Positions 39,508 to 51,180 of a stretch of DNA of 64,000 nucleotides are shown in pieces. The notes below the pieces were generated by a model. That model made no database searches. It was not told the DNA's origin and worked only from the letters and a program-made list of their open reading frames with translations. The position numbers and the translations under genes were made by a program. Numbering within the stretch: the stretch's first letter is position 1; each line of letters opens with the position of its first letter. The stretch is taken from positions 1 through 64,000 of the forward strand of contig MCFE01000110.1 in NCBI GenBank assembly GCA_002104905.1. Direction: 5' to 3'. The stretch is from Basidiobolus meristosporus CBS 931.73. Its lineage: Eukaryota; Fungi; Basidiobolomycota.

Positions 39508-40577
39508 TGTAGTGGGGTGACAGTGACACCCACTGACAAATGTGCTCATTCCCTTATTTTCTACTTCCCTACATCTCTACTACACTTATTTTAGTTTTAT
39601 CCCATTTGTCTTACCCAATCAGTACTATCCCATAAGCTGGTTGACTATCACACCTGCTTACCTTATTGCATAAGTTACCCCTCACTTTATGTAAGATTAC
39701 TAGCTATAAGTGCTTCTATATTAGGCAAGTACCCCCACCAGTACCCGTGACACACAAACAACCCGTGTGACCATCCCTACCATTTCCATACCATATATGG
39801 TATCCACTTGTTACACAGGTTTCTGAATACTGATTCCTGATTGGTTGGATGTGCTGTGCCTCTTAGAACCTTCCAGCACCTACTTAGAACATTCTTAGGT
39901 CATTCTGATGTCATTAAGATTTTTATTGATATCCGGAACCTTCTGGAACACCATGATTAGTAATCACTTAGCCAGTAAGAAAGGTATATAAGGGAGGCTA
40001 TCCCTCAACAATAAATCATCATCCCTTTTATCAATATACCAACTTGTTGATTAGTGTGATCACTGCTACCTGCTGCTACCTGAACTTCCAACCCTAGACC
40101 ACAGGACACTCCCAGGAAGCCGTGCTGACAGCCAACTGACCTTGGAGGCACTGCTTGTGAGGAATACTCAGAGAAGGTATCTTTTATTATATTTGATTCT
40201 TTCCCAAGTTTGTTCTTGTTCAGGCAAAGATACTTTCTGTCTTTGTAACTATTGACCAAAGCTGCATTCTTATCAAGTCCCTGCTGGTGGAGTTTACAGT
40301 TGTTTTGACTTTGGAAGCTTTAGTACATTGTCATCTCAAAGGATGCTGAACCCAGCACATACTTTTGTTAAGACGCCAACTAAGTTGGGGATTGTAGCTC
40401 AATAGTTTTCCCTTGACAAGCTTGTGGCTTTATTCCCCTTCACATTAGATTAGAGACAGAACACAAGTATTCCTAGCAAGCTGTTGCCAGAGGTTATTGC
40501 ACCCAGTGAACATCCCACACACAAAACACTTGAGAAGTGTTGGACATATCTCTCCCTTGGACCTATACACCACCACA
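39508..40577 (+). repeat. solo LTR, gypsy family C (1070 bp)
   Basis: TGTAGTGGGG...CACCACCACA with 4-bp TSD ATGG. Confidence 0.95.
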
Positions 40578-40913
40578 ATGGTCCGCACCAGAAAAAGCAA
40601 TGTTTGATCCATTTGAGTTCTTGCCAAATGATTTCAGTATGGCCCAAGTGTCTATGATTAGCATTCATACAGATATTTGGGCACTGCTCATTAATCTAGC
40701 AGAACTAGGTACCTTGCAGAGTCAACAGAGATGGAAGAACCTGAGTGGAAAGCTGTGGCATGAGTTCTACATCAAGAAGCCAGCAGATGTATGTAAGAAG
40801 ATATATAATAAGACAAGTATTGAAATCAAAAATGAGCTGCAAGTGAGGGGATTTGATGAGGAAGCCGCCCAGGAACAATTTTGCACGCAATTTGCAAAGT
40901 ACAGGCCGGACGT

Positions 40914-43900
40914 TGTGGTGGTGTATAGGTCCAAGGGAGAGATATGTCCAACACTTCTCAAGTGTTTTGTGTGTGGGGTGTTCACTGGGTGCAATAACCT
41001 CTGGCAACAGCTTGCTAGGAATACTTGTGTTCTGTCTCTAATCTAATGTGAAGGGGAATAAAGCCACAAGCTTGTCAAGGGAAAACTATTGAGCTACAAT
41101 CCCCAACTTAGTTGGCATCTTAACAAAGTTATGTGCTGGGTTCAGCGTCCTTTGAGATGACAATGTACTAAAGCTTCCAAAGTCAAAACAACTGTAAACT
41201 CCACCAGCAGGGACTTGATAAGAATGCAGCTTTGGTCAATAGTTACAAAGACAGAAAGTATCTTTGCCTGTACAAGAACAAACTTGGGAAAGAATCAAAT
41301 ATAATAAAAGATACCTACTCTGAGTATTCCTCACAAGCAGTGCCTCCATGGTCAGTTGGCTGTCAGCACGGCTTCCTGGGAGTGTCCTGTGGTCTAGGGT
41401 TGGAAGTTCAGGTAGCAGCAGGTAGCAGTGATCACACTAATCAACAAGTTGGTATATTGATAAAAGGGATGATGATTTATTGTTGAGGGATAGCCTCCCT
41501 TATATACCTTTCTCACTGGCTAAGTGATTACTAATCATGGTGTTCCAGAAGGTTCCGGATATCAATAAAAATCTTAATGACATCAGAATGACCTAAGAAT
41601 GTTCTAAGTAGGTGCTGGAAGGTTCTAAGAGGCACAGCACATCCAACCAATCAGGAATCAGTATTCAGAAACCTGTGTAACAAGTGGATACCATATATGG
41701 TATGGAAATGGTACGGATGGTCACACGGGTTGTTTGTGTGTCACGGGTACTGGTGGGGGTACTTGCCTAATATAGAAGCACTTATAGCTAGTAATCTTAC
41801 ATAAAGTGAGGGGTAACTTATGCAATAAGGTAAGCAGGTGTGATAGTCAACCAGCTTATGGGATAGTACTGATTGGGTAAGACAAATGGGATAAAACTAA
41901 AATAAGTATAGTAGAGATATAGGGAAGTAGAAAATAAGGGAGTGAGCACATCTGTCAGTGGGTGTCACTGTCACCCCACTACATCTACCCCCCTCTCAGC
42001 TTTGAACTTGGGTCAAAGCAAACTAATCTTGATGTGCAAAATTCCTATGCTTGAATAACTTAAGTCAGTTTCCAGCAACTGGTGCTCTCAACTGGGTGTT
42101 GTCAAGCTCAAATATGTAATAACTTCCATTTCCAATCACTTTGGAAATGAGGTAGAGGCCAGTCCATTTGTTGTCAAACTTCTGACTCCATTGTTTGTCC
42201 AAGGTGGAATTGTAGAGTAATACTGGGTCTCCTAGTGAAAGTGGTTTTGGTCTTATTGGGTGTGATTTGTCAAAGGGCACCTTGTTCTTTAGTTGTGTAT
42301 CCTTAAGTTGTTCAGCAGCTCCGCTGATATTCAAGTCATGGTGATCAAGTTGCTGTATGAGAGTTGCAAGGAGATCTTCAGTCTGCATATTGGATCTCCA
42401 ATTCAATGAGTTCCAAGTGACTGTGTTTAACTCAACTGGTAGTATGCAGTCATGTCCATAGAGTAGCTTGAATGGCAATAATCCAGTTGTTCTCTTGGTA
42501 GTAATCCTATCTGCCCAGAGTGCTAGATGTAATTGCTGTGGCCACAGTGTTGTGTTATTCTCACAGGTCTTGACAAGAGAGTTCACCAATGGTCCATGTC
42601 CTCTCTCTATCATTCCATTGGCTTGCGGGTGGTAAGCTGTTGTAAAAGCAATGTGTATCTTGTACTCTGAGCTCAACTCCTGGATCATTTGGGATGTCAT
42701 CTCTCCTCTGTCAGCAACAAACTGTTGGATGCAGCCAAATCTGCAGATGATGTCTTCAAGTATAAATCTCCATATGGTATGGCTCTTGTTGTTGGGCAAG
42801 GCTTGAGCCTCTGCCCATCCACTAAGGTCATCTCTAGCAACAATCAGGTACTTTTTTGATCCAGCTGTTGGCATGTGGACAAGGTCAATACCAACCTTTT
42901 GCCATAGACAGATTGTGTAAGTAGGATGCAGTGGTTCTTCATAACTCTTAGAGGATCTCTTTTGCCAGGCTACACATGACTCAACAAAGTGCTGGATATC
43001 ATAGTACATGTTTTCCCAGTAGTACCTCTGAGCTGTGGTATTGTAGGTGGCTTCTTGTCCTCTATGTCCTCCTGGTTCTCCTTGGTGGATACTTGTCATG
43101 ATGTTCAGTTGCTCTTGAGGGGTAGTGACTACTCTTCATGGCATAAGTCCAGGCTTCACTTGCTTAAAGAGAAGATCATCTTTAAGATAGTAGTGGTGTG
43201 CCTTCTTCCTGAGTTTTCTAAACTCCTGAATTTCCATCCAACTAGGTTTCTTAGGTGTCCGTAGATATTCCTTGATCAGACTCCAGGTAGTTCTCTCTTG
43301 GTCTTTGATGGCAATCTGTCGGATCTCTGCATCAATAATATCATCAAAGCATGGGTCCAAGTCTTCAAATAATTTTGGTCCCTTCCTGGAGAGTGCATCA
43401 GCCACAACATTTGTCTTGCCAGGGATATGTCTGACCTCAAGGTCAAACATTTTCAGCCATGCCATTCATTGGTTTGTGGCATCATCAGGTAGGTTGGTGT
43501 GGTGGTGTATAGGTCCAAGGGAGAGATACGTCCAACACTTCTCAAGTGTTTTGTGTGTGGGGTGTTCACTGGGTGCAATAACCTCTGGCAACAGCTTGCT
43601 AGGAATACTTGTGTTCTGTCTCTAATCTAATGTGAAGGGGAATAAAGCCACAAGCTTGTCAAGGGAAAACTATTGAGCTACAATCCCCAACATAGTTGGC
43701 GTCTTAACAAAAGTATGTGCTGGGTTCAGCGTCCTTTGAGATGACAATGTACTAAAGCTTCCAAAGTCAAAACAACTGTAAACTCCACCAGCAGGGACTT
43801 GATAAGAATGCAGCTGTGATCAATAGTTACAAAAACAGAAAAGTATCTTTGCCTGTACAAGAACAAACTTGGGAGAGAATCAAATACAATAAAAGATACC

Positions 43901-44568
43901 TACTCTGAGTATTCCTCACAAGTAGTGCCTCCAAGATCAGTTGGCTGTCAGCACGGTTTCCTGGGAGTGTCCTGTGGTCTAGGGTTGGAAGTTCAGGTAG
44001 CTGCAGGTAGCAGTGATCACCCTGATCAACAAGTTGGTATATTGATAAAAGGGAAGATGATTTATTGTTGAGGGATAGCCTACCTTATATACTTTTCTTA
44101 CTGGCTAAGTGATTACTAATCATGGTGTTCCAGAAGGTTCTGGACATCAACAGAAATCTTAATGACATCAGAATGACCTAAGAATGTTCTAAGTAGGTGC
44201 CAGAAGGTTCTAAGGGGCACAGCACATCCAACCAATCAGGAATCAGTATTCTGAAACCTGTGTAAGAAGTGGATACCATATATGGTATGGAAATGGTAGG
44301 GATGGTCACACAGGTTGTTCATGTGTCACAGGTACTGGCGCAGGTACTTGCCTAATATAGAAGTACTTATAGCTAGTAAACTTACATAAAGTGAGGGGTA
44401 ACTTATGCAATAAGGTAAGCAGGTGTGATAGTCAACCGGCTTATGGGATAGTACTGATTGGGTAAGACAAATGGGATAAAACTAAAATAAGTGTAGTAGA
44501 GATATAGGGAAGTAGAAAATAAGGGAGTGAGCACATCTGTCAGTGGGTGTCACTGTCACCCCACTACA
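40914..44568 (-). mobile_element. internally deleted gypsy family C element: LTR (43498-44568), 1.5-kb RH-end/integrase, PPT, LTR (40914-41983)
   Basis: TSD ACGT/ACGT and PPT GAGAGGGGGTAGA. No PBS, gag or RT. Confidence 0.93.
42000..43497 (-). pseudogene. gypsy integrase with upstream RNase H/tether fragment
   Basis: FDLEVRHIPGKTNVVADALSR, H...GH...YYW...CVAW zinc-binding region, VGIDLVHM...ADRG...ANGMIER. Confidence 0.9.
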
Positions 44569-47523
44569 ACGTGTCCATTTGTGCCTCAACTTTGGGAACC
44601 AAAGAGATTTTGAATGAGTTTTTGCCTCAAATGACTAATGTATTACATGATATATTAGTAGAGCTAAGTGGCTTCCAAGAGCAATATACACAGGACTCAT
44701 TCAGGCAACAGTTGCAATGTATTAGACAGAGAGTAAGTGAATACCTTGAGGAATTAGAAGGTGAGTTTCAAGAGGAGGAATACAGACTGCAAGCAATATA
44801 GTTTAAATTGCGCCAGCACGCCTTGCTGGATTGCTTACCATCCCTTGCAACTTCAGCGTGCTGGTGTATGTCAGTCCAAACTATGCTAACACCCTTCACA
44901 AGAGCGCCCTGCATTGACTCAATGCGGATTGGGTCAATGCGCACGCTTCAGAGCAAAACCATCAGAACCTGCCAAACTGCTCAATAGGACACATGTCCAT
45001 TGGAGCAGGCCAAGTCACATCAGCAAGCAGCATCACATCAAGCCCAGCCAAGGGCCATGCCAGTGCATCAAGTTGAGTCTGCACATGCCATTACACCTGA
45101 CCATCAGCAAGTATCTTCTGGTGAACTGACAGATGATGACCCACATGAAGTGCCTCCACCACCAGAGCCTTTGGCAAGTAAAAGAATGCATCAGCGCATA
45201 GCACTGCAGGCCGGCTCAGTTGCATCATCCAGAGCAATTCAGCGCGGCCAAGCTGCAGCATTACACTCATCAGCTAGGAGGCAAAATACATACTACAAAT
45301 ACACAAGTAGCCAAGAGGATTGTTAACACAAAAGTAGTTTAGGTGTGCAAAGTGAATCACTAACAAATGCTTCAGTAGTAATCACTGTGAGAAAAAAGCC
45401 TAGGAGAAGATGATGCAATTGCATTGAATTGCTATTATTTGTAATGATCCAAACAACGCATTTTTTTTTGCAATCTGCATTGAGCCATTGCAAATCAATG
45501 ATCACTAAATTTTTGATATAAGCAATATCAAGGTCATCTCACATTTGAGACAGGACCCCTATAAATAAACACCCTGCATATGTATACATCATCAGTGGTA
45601 CCAGCGCAGCCATTTAATCTGATTTGCACCCATACAATTGGTCATGTGCTAGTTATGACACCTTGTCCGATCACTAGGATCAGGGATTTACTTGCTTAAT
45701 GGGAAAAATGGGATATTTGATGGCAAATCAGGTAGCTTGCATATTGGTCAAAGAGCCAATTGGGGGCTGAAAGCTTCAGGATACTTTTGGACCAATTAAC
45801 CACTGAGATACCATCCAATTGAAGTGATGCTAACCAAAATGGTAAGTGTCAGTGTAGTTTATAGTGTGATACAAATTTATTTCCATTTACATTAAAGAAA
45901 CATATCTCAATACTGGATTTTGCCTACCATAATATTGGTATCCAATTGCGCATGTGATTCAAACATTACAAGTGGGAGCAATCATTTGTGACAACTTCAT
46001 TGTGTCAGATTGTGCCATAGTGTACAAGATTGTCCCACATGGTGTAAAATTGTCCATGAGCAATCCTGCCTACTGGTAGCTACAATATTGCGCCCAATTG
46101 TTCTTAAAGACTGCAGTATGCGCTGCTCGCCCTGGCACGGTACAATGGAACAAGTCTATTATACTGATTTTTTCACCAGTTTCTCTCACCTCCATAGCAA
46201 TAAACTCACTGAGCTTAGACAGAGCTTCTTCCTTTCTCTCCATGAATAAAACTCACGTTTATTTTGTGCAATCTTCAATAAAAGTGATTAAATACTTCAT
46301 TTTTCCTAAGGATAGGTCTTGCATAGGTCCACACAAATCTGAGTCAATTAGATCAAGTCTTTTCTAAATCCTAATTAACTTTGAGCTCTTGAATGATTGT
46401 CTGGCTTGTTGCCCACATATGTAGGCTTCACAGCACTCCAAATTAGCTGAGGGATCAATTTCTGCTCCAGAAATTAGATGATTTTTGATAGCTTTGCACA
46501 AATGATCAAAACTGAAGTGTCCAAATCTCCTGTGCCAAAGCATTTGTGTTTCTTCATTTTAGTTACTCAAGTTGCCCTCCATACATGATAGAATATAGGT
46601 CAACTTGCATAGATTCTAATATCTGATACCCAAAGCAGTATGAGAACCATTTTGATCAGTGATCCTGCATCTGCAACTGTCAAAGAAAAAACTGAGTTCT
46701 TCTGCAACAGCCTTGCTTGCTGATAGTAGGTTCTTAGCTATTTCAGGTAAATAAAGTATTGCCTCCAAAGTCAGTGTGTCATGGATCATAGGTCTTGCCA
46801 TATGAATTTTTGATCTATTTGCACATTCTGCTACTTTATTCTGCGGTGGGAAGTACAGTACATTAGAATCTTGCTTTATCTCATGAATATTGCACAAGTG
46901 GATGAAGAGTTTTGAGGTATATTCTCCACCATTGTTGTGGTATAATTTCTTGATCTTTTCACCAGTTCCTCTCTCTGTCAGGATCATACATCATCCCTGG
47001 CCTCCAATTATCAAGCCAAATTAAGTCAGCAAAGAAATCCAAGTTCCTTCTAGAAAGCTGTACTACATTTCAGCAACTTCTTGAAAGCTCCAAGTCAACA
47101 TTGCACAATGGAACATTCCAAGGAAGCATTGCATTGGAATTTATGTTGTCCCTTACCCTATATGGTAATACATGTCATATGACCTGGACATATGATCAGC
47201 CAACCCCTGACATGTCCCCATGTGATATTCTAAATTGTTCTTGAGAGTATTTCTATCTTGGCACACTTTCTGTGCCTCACCCCAAAATCCCATCAGTATT
47301 AGCATATATCACTTGGCATCCATATTTCCAAAAAGTATATAGAGTCCTATACCCCCTTATGTTTTCCTCAGTCTGATAAACACAGGTCTTGAATAAACAG
47401 CCTTGCCTTGGAAATCTGCCTTACCTTGGAAGCGCACCTTGCCTTGTTGATCCACACCTAAGTCCTTTCCTGGTCCTGCCTTGCCTAGACCTACTTTCCT
47501 GCCTTTTGTCTATTCATAACAGT

Positions 47524-47534
47524 TTTATCAGACT
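47524..47534 (+). promoter_or_regulatory. primer-binding site complementary to the element's own LTR (self-priming type)
   Basis: TTTATCAGACT (47524-47534) is the exact reverse complement of AGTCTGATAAA (47370-47380), which lies about 30 bp downstream of a TATA-like GTATATAG. Confidence 0.75.
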
Positions 47535-47561
47535 ACTCTTGACTTACCTGTGGATCTCCGC

Positions 47562-48622
47562 TGTGGTGGTGTATAAGTCCAAGGGAGAGATACGTCCAAC
47601 ACTTCTCAAGTGTTTTGTGTGTGGGGTGTTCACTGGGTGTGATAACCTCTGGCAAAAGCTTGCTAGGAATACTTGGGTTCTGTCTCTAATCTAATGTGAA
47701 GGGGAATAAAGCCACAAGCTTGTCAAGGGAAAACTATTGAGCTACAATCCCAAACTTAGTTGGCGTCTTAACAAAAGTATGTGCTGGGTTCAGCGTCCTT
47801 TGAGATGACAATGTACTAAAGCTTCCAAAGTCAAAACAACTGTAAACTCCACCAGCAGGGACTTGATAAGAATGCAGCTTTGGTCAATAGTTACAAAGAC
47901 AGAAAAGTATCTTTGCCTGTACAAGAACAAACTTGGGAAAGAATCAAATATAATAAAAGATACCTACTCTGAGTATTCCTCACAAGTAGTGCCTCCAAGG
48001 TCAGTTGGCTGTCAGCGCGGTTTCCTGGGAGTGTCCTGTGGTCTAGGGTTGGAAGTTCAGGTAGCAGTGATCACACTAATCAACAAGTCGGTATATTGAT
48101 AAAAGGGATGATGATTTATTGTTGAGGGATAGCCTCCCTTATATACTTTTCTTACTGGCTAAGTGATTACTAATCATGGTGTTCCAGAAGGTTCCGGATA
48201 TCAATAGAAATCTTAATGACATCAGAATGACCTAAGAATGTTCTAAGTAGGTGCCGGAAGGTTCTAAGAGGCACGGCACATCCAACCAATCAGGAATCAG
48301 TATTCTGAAACCTGTGTAACATGGGGATACCATATATGGTATGGAAATGGTAGGGATGGTGACATGGGTTGATCATGTGTCACGGGTACTGGCGCGGGTA
48401 CTTGCCTAATATAGAAGCACTTGTAACTAGTAATCTTACATAAAGTGAGGGGTAACTTATGCAATAAGGTAAGCAGGTGTGATAGTCAACCGGCTTATGG
48501 GATAGTACTGATTGGGTAAGACAAATGGGATAAAACTAAAATGAGTGTAGTAGGGATATAGGGAAGTAGAAAATAAGGGAATGAGCACATCTGTCAGTGG
48601 GTGTCACTGTCACCCCACTACA
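47562..48622 (-). repeat. solo LTR, family C
   Basis: Near-identical to 40914-41983; TSD CCGC/CCGC. Confidence 0.95.
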
Positions 48623-49006
48623 CCGCCTTCTACCCTAAGTTGTCTGGAGAAGAACTTGTAAAGGAATACCCACTGTAAGTATCACCCTGAATCTTTCCCT
48701 AGTCTTGTCCTCTAAAGGCAAAGATACCTTATCTTTGTGAAATTACTGGCCCAGGCTGCATTCACTAGATTACCCTGCTGGTGTAGCTTACAGTTGTTAC
48801 AGCACTGTAAGCTTTAGTACAATACTCTATCAAAGGATATTAAAGCCTGTGCCTTCTGAAGTGACGCTAATTTATTCAAAGTTTGGGATTGTAGATCAAT
48901 ATTTGTATTCTTGACAAACTAGTGGCTTTATAACCCACATACTAACCAGTAGTATCTGGTACTCCTGAACAAGCTCAAGAGACCTCTCAACCTCCTGCTA
49001 CCCCAC

Positions 49007-49939
49007 ATGTCCAGTCCAGAGTGTAACTTTGCAAGCATCATGGCTGCCTTTACCCAGCTGCAACAAGACAATGCAAATCTCAGAAACACTGTTGCTCAGC
49101 TTCAGAGCCAATATACTCAGCAGCTTATCCATACTCCCTTCTACCATGACCGCAGGATCACTTCCACTACCAAGTTCAGTGGCTCCCAAAATTAGTTCCA
49201 AGGATTCATCAACATAGTCAAACACCACTTGTTGCTACAACTCTATTGGTTCCCAACAGATCAAGCAAATGTTTGATATATCTCCAATCTACTCATTGGA
49301 ACTGCCTAGAATTGGTTCTCCCCTCTGGTGGAAACCAACTCCTCTCTACTCAGTGACTACCATGCCTTCCTCACAGAAATGGAGCTAATATTTGGCAACA
49401 TTTACCAAGCCAGAACTGCTGCCAACAAGATCAAGAATCTGAAGCAAGGAAGCAGACCTGCATCTGCCTATGCTTCTGAATTCCACCTACTAGCTGGTGA
49501 CTTGGGACTTGGGGGTGATGCTGCCCTAATCAGTCAGTTTCAAGATGGATGCAATGATGAAGTCGGTGACTTACTACTCACACTCCCTGACCCAACTACC
49601 TTGGGTGAAGCTATACATCAAGCAATCCAATGTGACAATTGCCTTTTCCAGAAGAAACAAAAGTTCCAACATACTTATCAGCTAACCTCCTGCCTAGTAA
49701 TCCAGTCTCCCAGTACTAAGCCTGATGATCCTATGCAAATTGACAGTGCCAAATACAAGAAACTTACAAAAGAAGAAAGATCTAGATGTCAACAGGCAAA
49801 CATCTGCCTTTACTGTGGCCAACCAGGCCATATTGCCAAGTCTTGTCCCAACAAGAAGTCCAGCTTCAAACTCCCGCAATCATCAAGTGAACAGCCTTCT
49901 CCAGAATTGTTAGGAAACTCCAGTGTCCAGTCAGAGTGA
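49007..49939 (+). pseudogene. gypsy D gag (retrotransposon gag domain plus CCHC), with stops
   Basis: ORFs 49007-49195 and 49328-49939 are in frame and contain a CCHC knuckle. Confidence 0.85.
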
Positions 49940-51180
49940 CAGGCTTGCAACTGGACCCTCCAATGAAAATTCAACACATTCAAGAAATATCATACCCTAC
50001 TCAAGTCCATCCAGTCCTTAAGAATGCCTGTCAACATCCATATCCCTAAATCCAGTCCTGTCCATATCCTTGCCCTCATAGATTCTGGTGCTTCCTCCAG
50101 CTTCATTGATTAGTCCTTTGTCCAGAACCAAAGAATCCCCACTATCCTGAAATCCTGTCCTGTCCAAGTAGAAGTTATTGATGGAAGACCAAAACTCTGA
50201 CATTTCCCAGAGTCCATCAGGTCAGCTCCATGAAAGCACCTGACTTCTCAGGTGAAGAAGTATCTTCCCCCAAGCTACCCCAGAGGCAAGAACCCAGCAT
50301 ACTCAAGGTACCCCCTCCAATGGAATACCTATCAAGTACCAAGAGTTTGCTCATGTCTTAAATAAGAAGAAAGCAGAACTACTTGCAGCACATAGACCCT
50401 ATGCCTGTCCCATTGACCTTGAAGATGGAAAAACCCCACCTTTGGCCCTATCTATAACCTCTTGCAACCTGAGTTGAAAGAACTCCTTGGCAATATCCAA
50501 GAAAACCTCCCAAAAGGCTTTATTCAGTACTCTAAGTCCCCAGCTGGTGCCTCAATCCTTATTGTCAAAATAAAGGATGGTACCCTAAAAATGCATGTAG
50601 ACTACTGTGCACTGAATAAGATCACAATCAAGAACCAGCACCCTTTGCTTTTATCAACACCCTGTTGGATTAACTCTCTGCTGCCAAAGTATTTACCAAA
50701 ATGGACCTCAGAGGAGCTTATAATCTTGTCAGGATCAAGCCAGGCAATGAATGAATGACTGCCTTCAGAACAAGATATGGTCACATTGAATATAAAGTGA
50801 TGCCATTTGGCCACACCAATGCCCCAGCTGTCTTTCAACAGCTGATGAATGACATATTCTAAGAGCACCTTGACCAATTTGTGGTTATCCACCTTGACAA
50901 TATTCTGATATACTCCAAGACTCAAGAAGAAAATAATTCCCATGTGAAGAAAGTCTTGACTAAGCTTGACACCACTGGCCCTATGCAAACTGCTACCACT
51001 TGCAGAGTTTGCCTACAACAATTCATGTCCTAGTGCAACTTGTCTCACACCATTCAATGCATATTATGTTTCTCATCCACAATTTGATATTAATATTCCA
51101 ACAAACCCTATGAATCCCCCAGCAGCTGAACATTTGTCAACAATTCTAGAAATCCAAGAAACATTCAAGAAAGAACTATG

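Larger units (their letters stand above)
39433..45413 (+). pseudogene. PHIS accessory ORF2 (copy B), interrupted by inserts at 39508-40577 and 40914-44568
   Basis: Removing the inserts rejoins ...AKYRPD|VSICASTLGTKEILNEF..., matching copies A and C. Confidence 0.8.
38013..46157. mobile_element. PHIS two-ORF DNA transposon, copy B (best preserved), carrying two family C insertions
   Basis: TIRs at both ends, perfect ATT TSD, and about 3.4 kb of own sequence after removing the inserts. Confidence 0.95.
37090..46975 (-). mobile_element. copia family A remnant (pieces at 37090-38012 and 46158-46975) split by PHIS copy B
   Basis: SDNGGEYTSKLF, VGCRWVFKTK and LWHRRFG homology to copy 1. The sequence is contiguous across the insertion. 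Confidence 0.85.
46976..51180 (+). mobile_element. Ty3/gypsy family D element: 5' LTR at 46976-47521, gag, PR, partial RT, integrase tail; 3' part deleted
   Basis: The LTR matches solo 12701-13169. Gag has QGSRPASAY...FQDG...CLYCGQPGHIAKSC, protease has LIDSGASS, RT has YKVMPFG...HLDNILIYS, and the integrase tail has AEFAYNN. Confidence 0.9.

Noticed and set aside
40005-48099. Recurrent short ORFs in family C LTRs (MVNSYKDRKYLCL..., ...WWCIGPRERYVQH...) as an LTR-encoded gene
   Set aside because: They recur only because the LTRs are near-identical. Starts and frames differ among copies, and they have no recognisable motif.
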